From: an uncultured Opitutales bacterium
GTDB taxonomy: Bacteria > Verrucomicrobiota > Verrucomicrobiia > Opitutales > Intestinicryptomonadaceae
Direction: 5' to 3'
DNA length: 32,000 nt
Assembly (NCBI GenBank): GCA_934613415.1
Contig: CAKTSY010000002.1
Location: 90,001-122,000 of the forward strand
Below the pieces are notes generated by a model. The model was not told the origin of the DNA and did not search any database. It saw nothing but the letters and a program-made list of their open reading frames with translations. Each line of letters begins with the position of its first letter. Positions within the stretch are counted from its first letter, which is position 1. Made by a program: the position numbers and the translations under genes. This document shows, in pieces, positions 1 to 8,777 of the stretch.

Positions 1-38
1 AAACAGTCTACTATTGTGCGAATAATAAAAATATAAAT

Positions 39-383
39 ATGCAAGAATATCTAAAATCGAAAATGGTAAAACTGCGCTGCAAGAAGAGTTATCAAGGCGC
101 GCACACGCACATAGTTATAGGTCGCGTGTTGGAGGAAAATCAAAACTACATAGCAATTATGGGCAAAACATTTCACTTTGGCAGAATTGTAGACGGTATG
201 AAAAACCAGATTTTCTCGGGTGCAATTACCGAGCGCATTGTACCTTGGAACAATGTGGAGATTATCCACCCCTTGTCGGACGAAAGCGATTTTACCGCTC
301 CCATTAAGTTCGACACAAACGGCAATTTGGTTTTGTGCGACAATGCGCACACGCTTATAGCCGAAAAGCGCGACGAACTATAG
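39..383 (+). CDS. hypothetical protein (114 aa), no family recognised
   Basis: Intact ATG ORF followed about 47 nt downstream by a strong hairpin plus T-run. No motif recognised. The antisense ORF 51..350 is judged a shadow. Confidence 0.4.
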   Translation: MQEYLKSKMVKLRCKKSYQGAHTHIVIGRVLEENQNYIAIMGKTFHFGRIVDGMKNQIFSGAITERIVPWNNVEIIHPLSDESDFTAPIKFDTNGNLVLCDNAHTLIAEKRDEL

Positions 384-430
384 GGTTTGTCGGCTCGCTG
401 AATTTTTTATGGTTTATATGTGTTAGTTTC

Positions 431-462
431 GGCCTCCCTTGATTTTAGGAGGCCTTTTTTTT
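431..462 (+). terminator. intrinsic terminator
   Basis: GGCCTCC (431-437) pairs with GGAGGCC (448-454) and is followed by T8. Confidence 0.7.
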
Positions 463-533
463 GCCCGTTTTGTTTTGGCTTGCGTGCAGCCGCCATATTT
501 TGCAGAGTTTCAGCGTAATCGAAAACCGGCTAT

Positions 534-1433
534 ATGGAGCTACGACACATAAGATATTTTTTAAAGGCGGCCGAAACTTTGCACTTTTCGCGGGCGGCCG
601 ACGAGCTTGGCATTGCGCAGTCGGCGCTAAGCCAGCAAATAAAACAGCTTGAAGCCGAAATGGGTTGCACGCTTTTCGACCGCAGCAACAAATGGAAGCT
701 TACCCTTACCGAAGCCGGCCGCGTTTTTTGCGAAGACGCAACCCAGATTATCTCGAATGTAGACTCCGCCAAGCGAAGGGCTTTGCAGGCGTCGAAGGGC
801 GACGGCGGCTCGCTTTCTATAAGCATAATTCCCTCGTTCTTTAGCTCTGCAAAGTTTTTTGAAGCATTGAACAAAATGCGCAGCCAGTGGCCCAACGTGT
901 TCTTAAAGCTAAGCAAGCATTCTTCGGCAAATATTTTAGAGTGTGTGGAAAATTCGGTTTTGGATTTCGGCATAATAAGGGTTGTAAACCCCGCAACTTT
1001 GGGCACGCAGTATGTCGAAATAGGGCACGAAAAGATTTTGCTTGCCGTGCCCGAAACGCACAGGCTTGCAAAGGCGCGCTCTATAAAACTTGCCGATTTA
1101 AAGAGCGAAAAGTTTGTTATGCTACCCCGCGAAGAATCTCCGTTTTTTTGCCAGATTATAGATGTTGCGTTGCGCAGGGCGGGCATACTTTCGCCGAACG
1201 TTGTAGAGGAAATATACAATTTCGACGCAATATTAAGGTCGTTGCCGAACTCGAATTTAATTTCGTTTGCCCCCGAGCTTCTTAAAACGCAAAACAATTA
1301 CAAGGGCGTTGTTTTAAAGCCTGTTTTAGACTTGAATGTAGACGTTCGCTACGTGGGCGTTTGGAAGAACGGGAAAGTCTCGAAACCCCTTGGCAACTTT
1401 ATAAAAATCCTAAAAAGTACATTCAAAATATAA
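534..1433 (+). CDS. LysR-family transcriptional regulator
   Basis: N-terminal wHTH signature MELRHIRYFLKAAETLHFSRAADELGIAQSALSQQIKQLE. Length of 299 aa is typical of LTTRs. Confidence 0.9.
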   Translation: MELRHIRYFLKAAETLHFSRAADELGIAQSALSQQIKQLEAEMGCTLFDRSNKWKLTLTEAGRVFCEDATQIISNVDSAKRRALQASKGDGGSLSISIIPSFFSSAKFFEALNKMRSQWPNVFLKLSKHSSANILECVENSVLDFGIIRVVNPATLGTQYVEIGHEKILLAVPETHRLAKARSIKLADLKSEKFVMLPREESPFFCQIIDVALRRAGILSPNVVEEIYNFDAILRSLPNSNLISFAPELLKTQNNYKGVVLKPVLDLNVDVRYVGVWKNGKVSKPLGNFIKILKSTFKI

Positions 1434-1445
1434 TCTTTTTAGCTT

Positions 1446-1460
1446 ATTAACAATGCTAAT
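1446..1460. promoter_or_regulatory. candidate LTTR box (ATTA-N7-TAAT, fits T-N11-A) upstream of the ThrE-type genes
   Basis: Dyad ATTAACAATGCTAAT lies 16 nt upstream of a TATAAT hexamer (1476-1481) and about 60 nt upstream of ATG 1520. Confidence 0.25.
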
Positions 1461-1519
1461 ATTATATATTGAACTTATAATGCAGTTTTTGTAAAATTTC
1501 CGCATACAAAGGATTTTTT

Positions 1520-2281
1520 ATGGGACTGCCCTTATACGAAGAGGCCGATTTTATTTCGAAATACGCGGCAAGCCTGCTTGCAAGCGGCGCGTATGTGTCG
1601 AGGGTTATGCGCTCGGCGTCGCGCATTGCAACGGCGTTGGGTTTGGATATAAAATTGGTAACGGGTTATTCTAACGTAATAATTTCGATAGAAGACGAAA
1701 AAAACAAAATCTGCCTTACAAAGGTTGTAAAAATTCCCGCAAAGCCGATTTCGTTCGAAACAAACGCCGATTTGTGCTGCCTTTCTTGGAAGGCGCTGGA
1801 CAACCATATGTCGCTTGCCGAAATAAAAGAGGCGTTCGACAAAATTATGGCGAAGCCCAGAATAGATTCCTTGTTTGTTCTGTTTATGGTGGGTTTTGCA
1901 AACGCTTCGTTTTGCAGGCTTTTTGGCGGCGACTTTCTTGCAATGGCAATAGTTTTTAGCTCTACTCTTGCGGGATTTTCTGCAAAGCAGATTCTGCAAA
2001 AAAAGGGCGTAAACGAATATATAGTTTTTATAATTTCGGCGTTTTTGGCGTCTATTTGCGCGTCTAGTGCACTTTGCTTTAACTGTACTGCCGAAATTGC
2101 CGTGGCTGCCAGCGTGCTGTTTTTGGTGCCCGGAGTGCTGCTTATAAACGGCGTTTTAGACATTCTAGACGGCTACGCCGTGTTCGGCTGCGGCAGGCTT
2201 ATAGGTGCGTGTCTTTTGGTTATATGCATAGCCATAGGCTTGTCGATAAGCCTGCTTATTGCGAAAGGGGTGCTAATGTGA
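1520..2281 (+). CDS. threonine/serine exporter family protein, ThrE/YjjP-like (DUF1212)
   Basis: 253 aa with a soluble N-domain followed by several TM helices. An AAGGA SD precedes the ATG. The stop overlaps the next start (GTGA). Confidence 0.8.
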   Translation: MGLPLYEEADFISKYAASLLASGAYVSRVMRSASRIATALGLDIKLVTGYSNVIISIEDEKNKICLTKVVKIPAKPISFETNADLCCLSWKALDNHMSLAEIKEAFDKIMAKPRIDSLFVLFMVGFANASFCRLFGGDFLAMAIVFSSTLAGFSAKQILQKKGVNEYIVFIISAFLASICASSALCFNCTAEIAVAASVLFLVPGVLLINGVLDILDGYAVFGCGRLIGACLLVICIAIGLSISLLIAKGVLM

Positions 2282-2805
2282 GCTTTTTTGCGATAGTTCA
2301 AGACTGCATTTTTGCCGCGGTTGCCGCAATGGGTTTCGGCGCGATTTCCGACCCGCCCGTTCGCGCGTTTTCGCGCATTGCCGTGCTGGCGGCAATAGGC
2401 CATTCGCTTAGGTTTGTACTTATGCACTTTGGCTGCGACATTGCAACGGCGTCGTTTTTGGGGGCAATAGCCATAGGCTTTTTAAGTTTGTTGCTTGCAA
2501 AGCAAATGCGAGTGCCCGCCACAATTTTATACATTCCTGCTCTGTTGCCTATGATACCCGGCATATACGCCTATAAAACGGTGTTTTCGCTTATAATGTT
2601 TTTGCAGACTTTAAACGACCTGCAAAAAAGCGCGGGCTATATGCAAAGCTTTTTCCTTAACGCAACGGTTTCGGTTACGGTTGTTGCCCTTATGGTGGCG
2701 GGGGCGGCATTGCCTTCGCTGATTTTTAAGAATAAATCGCATACGCTTTCAAGGCAAAAAGCGGTGGCAACTTCGGCAAACAAAAAACATTTCATAACAA
2801 AATAG
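2278..2805 (+). CDS. threonine/serine exporter family protein, YjjB-like (second half of a split ThrE)
   Basis: Hydrophobic multi-TM protein. I moved the start to GTG 2278, which overlaps the upstream TGA. The ORF-track start at 2209 lies inside the upstream gene. Confidence 0.75.
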   Translation: MSFFAIVQDCIFAAVAAMGFGAISDPPVRAFSRIAVLAAIGHSLRFVLMHFGCDIATASFLGAIAIGFLSLLLAKQMRVPATILYIPALLPMIPGIYAYKTVFSLIMFLQTLNDLQKSAGYMQSFFLNATVSVTVVALMVAGAALPSLIFKNKSHTLSRQKAVATSANKKHFITK

Positions 2806-2815
2806 TTTTTACACA

Positions 2816-3553
2816 ATGAACAACGCAGCAGAAATTTTTTGGCGCACGCTCGGCGCATATAATACCGATACTTGGGTGTATCAAATTTTTATTGTGGCTG
2901 TGGGGGCGGCCCTAACGCTTTCGCTTTTTGCTAAGCAGACAAATTTAAGGTATGCTTTAATGAAGCTATATATGGCATTTGTGTGCGCGTGGGTTGCCGT
3001 TGTATACTATATGATGTATTGCCCCTCGCGCGGCTACGGCGAAATTTTGGCCGTGTTCTGGGGCTTTATGGCAGTGCTATGGGCGTGCAAAATATTTTCT
3101 AAAAATCCCGAAATTAAAGTTTCGCTTAACGTTGTTTCGCTGATTTTGCTTTTGGGACCTTTTATTTACCCGCTTGTTTCCAAATTTTTGGGGCGAAGCT
3201 TTCCCGAAATAACCGCGCCAATAATGCCGTGCTCGGTTGCCGTGTTTTCGGTAGGGCTTATATTGTGCTTCGAAAAACACATAAATTTGATATTGGCAAT
3301 GATGCTTTTGCACTGGTCTCTTTTGGCAGTTCCAAAAACGCATCTATACGGTATTGTAGAAGACTACTTTTTGGCATTGTGCATTGTGCCCGCTTTATAC
3401 CTTTTCTCTAAAAACTATATGCTGCAAATTGCCAGCGAAAAAACAAAACCGTCGGCAAGGGTGCTAGACGCCTTTTTGATAAGCCTTTGCATAGCCTTGG
3501 GCGTGTTTTTTGCCGCAATGATTTTAGAGCAGTTCGGTTTTATAAAGTGGTAG
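2816..3553 (+). CDS. multi-pass membrane protein, tentatively DUF6064-like
   Basis: 245 aa with about 7 hydrophobic segments. The N-terminal ...YNTDTWVYQ... and ...APIMPCSVAVFSVGLIL... resemble DUF6064 from memory only. Confidence 0.6.
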   Translation: MNNAAEIFWRTLGAYNTDTWVYQIFIVAVGAALTLSLFAKQTNLRYALMKLYMAFVCAWVAVVYYMMYCPSRGYGEILAVFWGFMAVLWACKIFSKNPEIKVSLNVVSLILLLGPFIYPLVSKFLGRSFPEITAPIMPCSVAVFSVGLILCFEKHINLILAMMLLHWSLLAVPKTHLYGIVEDYFLALCIVPALYLFSKNYMLQIASEKTKPSARVLDAFLISLCIALGVFFAAMILEQFGFIKW

Positions 3554-3645
3554 TGCGTTATCATTATAACTTATAAAGCCAGCATGGCGTTTATATTGAA
3601 GATTTTTGCAATTTCTATTAACATTTTCACAACAAAAACAAAGAT

Positions 3646-3873
3646 ATGAATAAGACTACTAAAAAAATATTATCGTTTATATTGTGCGTTGCAGTTGGCA
3701 TTGCCGTATGGTTTTTGCCGTTGCAATTTTTGGGGCTAAACGACGCCGTTTTCGGCATACACTACTTTGCCGCGTTTTTGGTGTTTGTTTCCCTTTTGGG
3801 GGTATTTAGGCTTATTCCTGCGCTATTTGCCGTTTTGATTTCGGCGTTGGTGTTTAGGGCAATGTTTAATTAG
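3646..3873 (+). CDS. small membrane protein (75 aa, 2-3 TM), unknown function
   Basis: ATG ORF, strongly hydrophobic, followed by the terminator at 3895. Confidence 0.4.
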   Translation: MNKTTKKILSFILCVAVGIAVWFLPLQFLGLNDAVFGIHYFAAFLVFVSLLGVFRLIPALFAVLISALVFRAMFN

Positions 3874-3894
3874 CATTTTTGCAAATTTTTCTTG

Positions 3895-3927
3895 TGCGCA
3901 AAAGGGCTTCTTTTGCGCATTTTTTTT
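3895..3927 (+). terminator. intrinsic terminator
   Basis: TGCGCAAAAG pairs with CTTTTGCGCA (10 bp, 5-nt loop) and is followed by T8. Confidence 0.7.
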
Positions 3928-3947
3928 GTTGAGGCAAATAGATGTAG

Positions 3948-3964
3948 GGTATAAAGTTTATACC
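3948..3964. promoter_or_regulatory. 17-bp perfect palindrome GGTATAAA-G-TTTATACC (contains T-N11-A), candidate operator
   Basis: Seen directly. It overlaps a possible TTGAGG(3929)-N17-TAAAGT promoter and lies about 30 nt upstream of the nitroreductase ATG. Confidence 0.35.
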
Positions 3965-3994
3965 ATAAATTTTTAACCGAAGGAGTTGTTTTTT

Positions 3995-4522
3995 ATGGAC
4001 GAAGTTTTTGAAAATATCAAAACGCGCAGAAGCGTAAGAAAATTTAAGCCCGACGCCGTAAGTCAGGTCGATTTAGACAAGATAATTCAGGCGGGGCTTT
4101 ATGCGGCAAGCGGCAAAAATACGCAAGACACTATTATTGTTGAAGTTGTAAACAAAGCAGTTAGAGACGAAATTTCGCGCATAAATTGCAAAATAGGCGG
4201 CTGGGCAGAATGTTTCGATCCATTCTACGGCGCGCCGGCAATGCTTATTGTTCTTGCCAAAAAAGACTGCGCAAACCGCGTTTACGACGGCTCGCTTGTT
4301 ATGGGCAACCTTATGCTGCAGGCGCACAAGCTGGGCTTGGGCAGCTGCTGGATACACAGGGCAAAAGAAGAGTTTGAAAGCCAGTGGGGCAAAGACTTTC
4401 TTGCCAAAATAGGCGTAGAAGGCGACTACGAAGGCATTGGCCATTGCGCAATAGGCTATGTAGACGGCTCTTATCCCGCCGAGCACCCGCGCAAGCCCAA
4501 CAGGGTTTTTTATGTAAAATAA
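3995..4522 (+). CDS. nitroreductase family protein
   Basis: N-terminal IKTRRSVRKFKPD signature. AGGAG lies 9 nt before ATG 3995. The ORF-track TTG at 3986 would overlap the SD. Confidence 0.9.
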   Translation: MDEVFENIKTRRSVRKFKPDAVSQVDLDKIIQAGLYAASGKNTQDTIIVEVVNKAVRDEISRINCKIGGWAECFDPFYGAPAMLIVLAKKDCANRVYDGSLVMGNLMLQAHKLGLGSCWIHRAKEEFESQWGKDFLAKIGVEGDYEGIGHCAIGYVDGSYPAEHPRKPNRVFYVK

Positions 4523-4534
4523 AGGTAGTTTGTT

Positions 4535-5122
4535 ATGAAAAAGCTTATTACTTGGTTTTTTGCGTCTAGCGCGGCGCAAAAGGGCGCGTTAAATTCGGCA
4601 ATAGGTTTTTTGCGCATATTTTCCGGCTTGGCAATGTTGCCATACGGCATCGGCAAAGTTGAACGCTACGGCACTTTTAAGGAAAACTTTTTTGGAGACC
4701 CCATAGGTATTGGCAACGAAACAAGCCTTATAATTTGCATATTCCAGCAAATATTTTGTTCGCTGCTTATGGTTTTGGGGCTGCAGTCGCGCTTTGCGGC
4801 CTTTATGCTTTTTACAAATATGGCAGTTGCCGTAAAGTTTCACTTTTTTGACCCGTTTTGTGCGGTTAAGGCACTGCCTACAGTGTTCTTGGCAATGTAT
4901 GCTTTCCTTACAATTTCGGGCGGCGGGGCATTTGCGCTAGACAATGTTATATATAAAAGGCTTTCGTGCAAAAACGCGGCAAAATGCGCGCTTAAAACCG
5001 TGCTGGTTGGCATTGCCTTTTGCCTATTGGTTGCAGCTTGGGCGGGGCTTTTTGCCGCAACGGGCAGCTTTGCCGCGGTGGCCGCAGGCTTTGCGCTTTT
5101 GGCCTACGTTTTATATTTTTAA
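4535..5122 (+). CDS. DoxX family membrane protein
   Basis: 195 aa with 4 or more TM helices. The FLRIFSGLAMLPYGIGKV pattern is typical of DoxX. It sits 12 nt after the nitroreductase gene. Confidence 0.75.
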   Translation: MKKLITWFFASSAAQKGALNSAIGFLRIFSGLAMLPYGIGKVERYGTFKENFFGDPIGIGNETSLIICIFQQIFCSLLMVLGLQSRFAAFMLFTNMAVAVKFHFFDPFCAVKALPTVFLAMYAFLTISGGGAFALDNVIYKRLSCKNAAKCALKTVLVGIAFCLLVAAWAGLFAATGSFAAVAAGFALLAYVLYF

Positions 5123-5160
5123 CCGAAACAAAATTTGTGCGGATTACGTTTACCTAAAAT

Positions 5161-5523
5161 ATGAATGCAAATACGGTAAAGAAAATTAACGACATAATCT
5201 TGTATGTGCTTTTTTGCTTTTTGGCGGGCACGGGCATAATGCTGGAATTTAGCTTTGTAAAGGGCGCCGGCATGCAAACGGTTATGTCGCTAACCAAGCA
5301 CGACTGGAAAGTTTTGCATACTATTGCAGGCTTAATAATGATAATAAGCACATTATTGCACCTTTTGCTAAACGCAAAATTCATAAAAAACGCCCTTTGC
5401 CATAAACGCAAAACCGCGCTTTTTGCCTTTGTAGCACTTGGCTTGCTTATTATCTTAGGCTTGGTCTTCTTCCCCAAAACAACAACTACAATCAACCCAC
5501 CCCAGCAACAGCAAACACGGTAA
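5161..5523 (+). CDS. small membrane protein, tentatively DUF4405-like
   Basis: 120 aa with 3 TM helices and conserved-looking His residues (HTIAGLIMIISTLLHLLLN). The family call is tentative. Confidence 0.5.
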   Translation: MNANTVKKINDIILYVLFCFLAGTGIMLEFSFVKGAGMQTVMSLTKHDWKVLHTIAGLIMIISTLLHLLLNAKFIKNALCHKRKTALFAFVALGLLIILGLVFFPKTTTTINPPQQQQTR

Positions 5524-5548
5524 AGACCATTGCAATTTTATTTTTTAA

Positions 5549-5582
5549 GGCATACCGCTAAACACGGTGTGCCTTTTTTTCT
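5549..5582 (+). terminator. intrinsic terminator
   Basis: GGCATACCG pairs with CGGTGTGCC (one G-U pair) and is followed by T7. Confidence 0.6.
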
Positions 5583-5769
5583 TTCTAAAATCTACAAAAT
5601 TGTTGATTTTTGCGGTAGTTTTGGGGGTGGGGGCGGTTTTGGAGGCTTTTGCGATAAAAACACTTGGAAAAGTTTTTGTTTTGTGCAAATATGGCGAGAT
5701 TATTTTTACATATAAACGAGGAGGTGTGCATTTACGCCTCCTTTGCAAGGGAAAACGGAAAATATAAAC

Positions 5770-7041
5770 ATGTCTAAAATAAACAGAGAAGCAGCTTTGC
5801 AATATCACAGTTGCGGCAAAAAGGGCAAAATAGAGATTGTGCCCACAAAACCACATTCCACGCAGGAAGATTTGTCGCTTGCCTACACCCCCGGTGTGGC
5901 CGAACCGTGCTTGGAAATTCAGAAAAATCCCGACGATGCATATACTTATACGGGCAAGGGCAATCTTGTCGCGGTTATTTCGAACGGTACTGCCGTTTTG
6001 GGTTTGGGCAACATTGGCGCACTTGCGGGCAAACCCGTAATGGAAGGCAAAGCCTTGCTCTTTAAAATCTTTTCGGGTTTAGACTCTTTTGATATAGAAG
6101 TTGCCGAAACCGATGTAGATAAATTTGTTGCGGCGGTAAAGGCAATTGCCCCCACTTTTGGCGGCATAAATCTGGAGGATATTAAAGCCCCCGAATGCTT
6201 CGAAATTGAACGCCGCTTAAAGGAAGAGTTAGACATACCCGTTATGCACGACGACCAGCACGGCACTTCGATTATAACGGGCGCCGCCTTGTTGAATGCA
6301 TTGCAAATTGCGGGCAAAAAGGCCGAAGACGTTAAGGTTGTTGTAAGCGGAGCGGGGGCTGCCGCCACTTGCTGCGCAAAAATGTACATAGCCTTGGGCG
6401 TAAAGCGCGAGCACATTTTTATGTGCGATTCTAAGGGCGTTATAAGCACTTCGCGTCAAGACTTGAATCCACAAAAGAAGTTCTTTGCGGTGGAAACTTC
6501 GGCAAAGACTTTGGCGGAAGCCGTAAAGGGTGCCGACGTATTTTTGGGCGTTTCGAAAGCCGATGTGCTTTCGGCCGAAATGCTGCTTAGCATGAACGAA
6601 AACCCGATTGTTTTTGCATTGGCAAACCCCAAGCCCGAAATTTCGTACGAATTGGCAATGGCTACGCGCAAAGACATAATTTTTGCGACGGGGCGTTCCG
6701 ACTATCCGAACCAGGTGAACAATGTTTTGGGCTTCCCCTACATTTTCAGGGGAGCGCTAGACGTTCACGCAAAGTGCATTAACGAGGAAATGAAAATTGC
6801 CGCGGTAAAGGCTTTGGCCGCTTTGGCGCACGAACCCGTGCCCGAAGACGTAAAGAAAATCTTTAACGGCGAAAACCTTGTTTTTGGCAGGGAATATTTC
6901 CTCCCCAAGCCATTCGACAAGAGGCTTATTGTTAAGGTTTCGGCGGCGGTTGCAAAGGCTGCCATCGATTCGGGCGTAGCCCGCGCCCCCATAAGCGATT
7001 GGGCGGCCTACGAAGACCGCCTGTCCAAATTGCTTAAATAG
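5770..7041 (+). CDS. NAD(P)-dependent malic enzyme (short form, no PTA domain)
   Basis: Motifs [30 protein letters not shown] and the Rossmann site [10 protein letters not shown] are present. ATG 5770 is preferred over TTG 5743. Confidence 0.92.
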   Translation: MSKINREAALQYHSCGKKGKIEIVPTKPHSTQEDLSLAYTPGVAEPCLEIQKNPDDAYTYTGKGNLVAVISNGTAVLGLGNIGALAGKPVMEGKALLFKIFSGLDSFDIEVAETDVDKFVAAVKAIAPTFGGINLEDIKAPECFEIERRLKEELDIPVMHDDQHGTSIITGAALLNALQIAGKKAEDVKVVVSGAGAAATCCAKMYIALGVKREHIFMCDSKGVISTSRQDLNPQKKFFAVETSAKTLAEAVKGADVFLGVSKADVLSAEMLLSMNENPIVFALANPKPEISYELAMATRKDIIFATGRSDYPNQVNNVLGFPYIFRGALDVHAKCINEEMKIAAVKALAALAHEPVPEDVKKIFNGENLVFGREYFLPKPFDKRLIVKVSAAVAKAAIDSGVARAPISDWAAYEDRLSKLLK

Positions 7042-7058
7042 GATTTTTACGGGCAAGC

Positions 7059-7095
7059 AAAAACGGCAAAGTTCAAAAAGCTTTGCCGTTTTTTT
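7059..7095. terminator. bidirectional intrinsic terminator between convergent genes
   Basis: AAAAACGGCAAAG pairs with CTTTGCCGTTTTT (13-bp arms). The A-run and T-run allow function on both strands. Confidence 0.7.
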
Positions 7096-7106
7096 ATGTG
7101 TTGAAT

Positions 7107-8498
7107 TTACTTAATTGTGCCGTAGTCTGCGTTTTCTATGCTTAAATTTTTGCAGTTTTTAAGCATGTAGGGGAATTTTTTAATTTTATCTACTTTTATA
7201 TTTTTAAGCGAAATATTTTCGGGAGGCAGCTTGCTTTCTCCATCTATATAGCATAGGTAGTTTGCCGATTTGCAGGTTATGTTTTCGGCAAAAACATTGC
7301 CTATTTTTGTAAGGCGCGTTTCGTAGGTGGGGAAGTCTTTCCATTGAAAAAGCGCATCTGTTTCTATCGAAACAACGCCCTCTGAAACATTGTCTACGCT
7401 TACGTTTCGTATGTAGATATTGTCTACAACGCCGCCGCGGCGTTCGTTTGTTTTTATCCTTAAAACGCGCCAGGTTTTGGCATCTGGGCTGTCTTTAATT
7501 TGGCAGTTTTCTGCCAATATGTTTTTTACGCCGCCCGAAAGCTCGCTGCCTATAACAAGCAATGCGTGCCCCGCCTTTACCGTGCAGTTGCGCGCTACAA
7601 TGTTTTTAGAGGGGGTATCTATTCTCCAGCCGTCGTGGTTGCGCAACGACTTTATAACAATGGCGTCGTCGCCCTGATAGAATGTGCAATTTTCAACCAA
7701 AAAGTTTTTGCTGCACTCAAAATCTACGCCGTCGTTATTGTGCTCTAGTGCCTTTATGTTTACATTGCGTATAAGCCCGTTTTCGGAAAGGAAGATATGT
7801 ATTGTCCAAAAGGGGCTTTCCACAATCTTAAAATTTTCAAGTCTTATGTTTTTGCAGCGGTTAAATTGTATAAATTGCGGGCGCAGATGGTTTTCGCCAA
7901 CCGCCATTTGGCGGGTTTCTACGGGGGCGTTTGTGGAGCAGTAGGTGTAAAGCTGCCTTAATGCGTCGATATGCGCTTGCGGGCGGCCCATCCAAGTTTT
8001 CCAAACCTGCATTTCGGCGCGCAAAGTGCCCTTGCCTGTAATTGCAATGTTTTGGCAGTTTACGGCATAAATTAGGGGCGAATAGTTGTAGCATTCTATA
8101 CCCTCCCACGAAGAGAGCACCGCTGGCAGGTAGTCTGCAGGATTGCCCGAAAACACAAGCTCGGAATTGTCGCTAAGATACAAATTTACGTTGCTTTTTA
8201 GGTGTATGGGCCCCGTTTTCCATATTCCCGCCGGCACAACAACTCTGCCGCCGCCCGCTTTGCTGCAGGCGTCTATTGCAGCCGCAATGGCGTTTGTGTT
8301 GTCTATTTTGCCGCCGCTTTTTGCGCCGAAGTCGGTTATTGGAAAGTCGTTGACGGGAAAGTCTGCCAGCACAATGTCGGGCATATCGAAGGGGGCGGCA
8401 ACCCTAACCGTTTCGTAGCCCGTTTTGTTGAAAGAATTGCATGCGCAAAGGGCAAGCCCCGCCGCTGTGAAAGCCAAGATTTTTGCGAGAATTTTCAT
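7107..8498 (-). CDS. glycoside hydrolase family 28 (exo-polygalacturonase-like) lipoprotein
   Basis: Signal peptide ends in ...LALCAC. The canonical GH28 motifs NNDG, QGDD, GHA and RIKT are present in the expected order. Confidence 0.88.
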   Translation of the reverse strand: MKILAKILAFTAAGLALCACNSFNKTGYETVRVAAPFDMPDIVLADFPVNDFPITDFGAKSGGKIDNTNAIAAAIDACSKAGGGRVVVPAGIWKTGPIHLKSNVNLYLSDNSELVFSGNPADYLPAVLSSWEGIECYNYSPLIYAVNCQNIAITGKGTLRAEMQVWKTWMGRPQAHIDALRQLYTYCSTNAPVETRQMAVGENHLRPQFIQFNRCKNIRLENFKIVESPFWTIHIFLSENGLIRNVNIKALEHNNDGVDFECSKNFLVENCTFYQGDDAIVIKSLRNHDGWRIDTPSKNIVARNCTVKAGHALLVIGSELSGGVKNILAENCQIKDSPDAKTWRVLRIKTNERRGGVVDNIYIRNVSVDNVSEGVVSIETDALFQWKDFPTYETRLTKIGNVFAENITCKSANYLCYIDGESKLPPENISLKNIKVDKIKKFPYMLKNCKNLSIENADYGTIK

Positions 8499-8777
8499 AA
8501 TATAAGTACGTTTTTTGAGATTTGTTTATCTTGCTTTTAAGTATTTTGCAAGACAAAGATTTAATATTAACTATATATCGCAAAAAAACGGCGTTTAAAA
8601 AGAGAGCAAAGTTGCGAAAATTGTATCCGTTTGGTTTTCATAATGTTACAACAATATTTTGTTGAAGGTTTTATTTTATTTTACAAAGGCTATAAAAGTT
8701 GCAATAGTGGTTTTATAGAATGTAAATATTAACTGCTAACAATATTATTGTAGCCCAACTAGGAACAGGATTAAAAA

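Noticed and set aside
530-1297. 255-aa ORF antisense to the LysR gene, plus smaller internal ORFs at 841..1071 and 887..1285
   Set aside because: It completely overlaps a gene with an unmistakable LTTR signature. The product has no motifs, so it is a shadow ORF.
2209-2277. ORF-track N-terminal extensions using TTG/GTG or upstream ATG (2209, 3986, 5743, 11745, 12529, 22687, 28996, 29000)
   Set aside because: In each case an internal ATG or GTG gives a better start. The better start has an SD, a signal peptide or a family-typical N-terminus, or it avoids overlap with the upstream gene.
5623-5645. G-rich tract GGGGGTGGGGGCGGTTTTGGAGG (possible G-quadruplex)
   Set aside because: It has only two long G-runs plus GG doublets and sits in an intergenic leader. 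There is no supporting context.
5567-5767. Small ORFs in the 5524-5769 spacer (5530..5715, 5567..5767, 5545..5856 minus)
   Set aside because: They have non-ATG starts or start inside the terminator hairpin, lack an RBS, and overlap each other.
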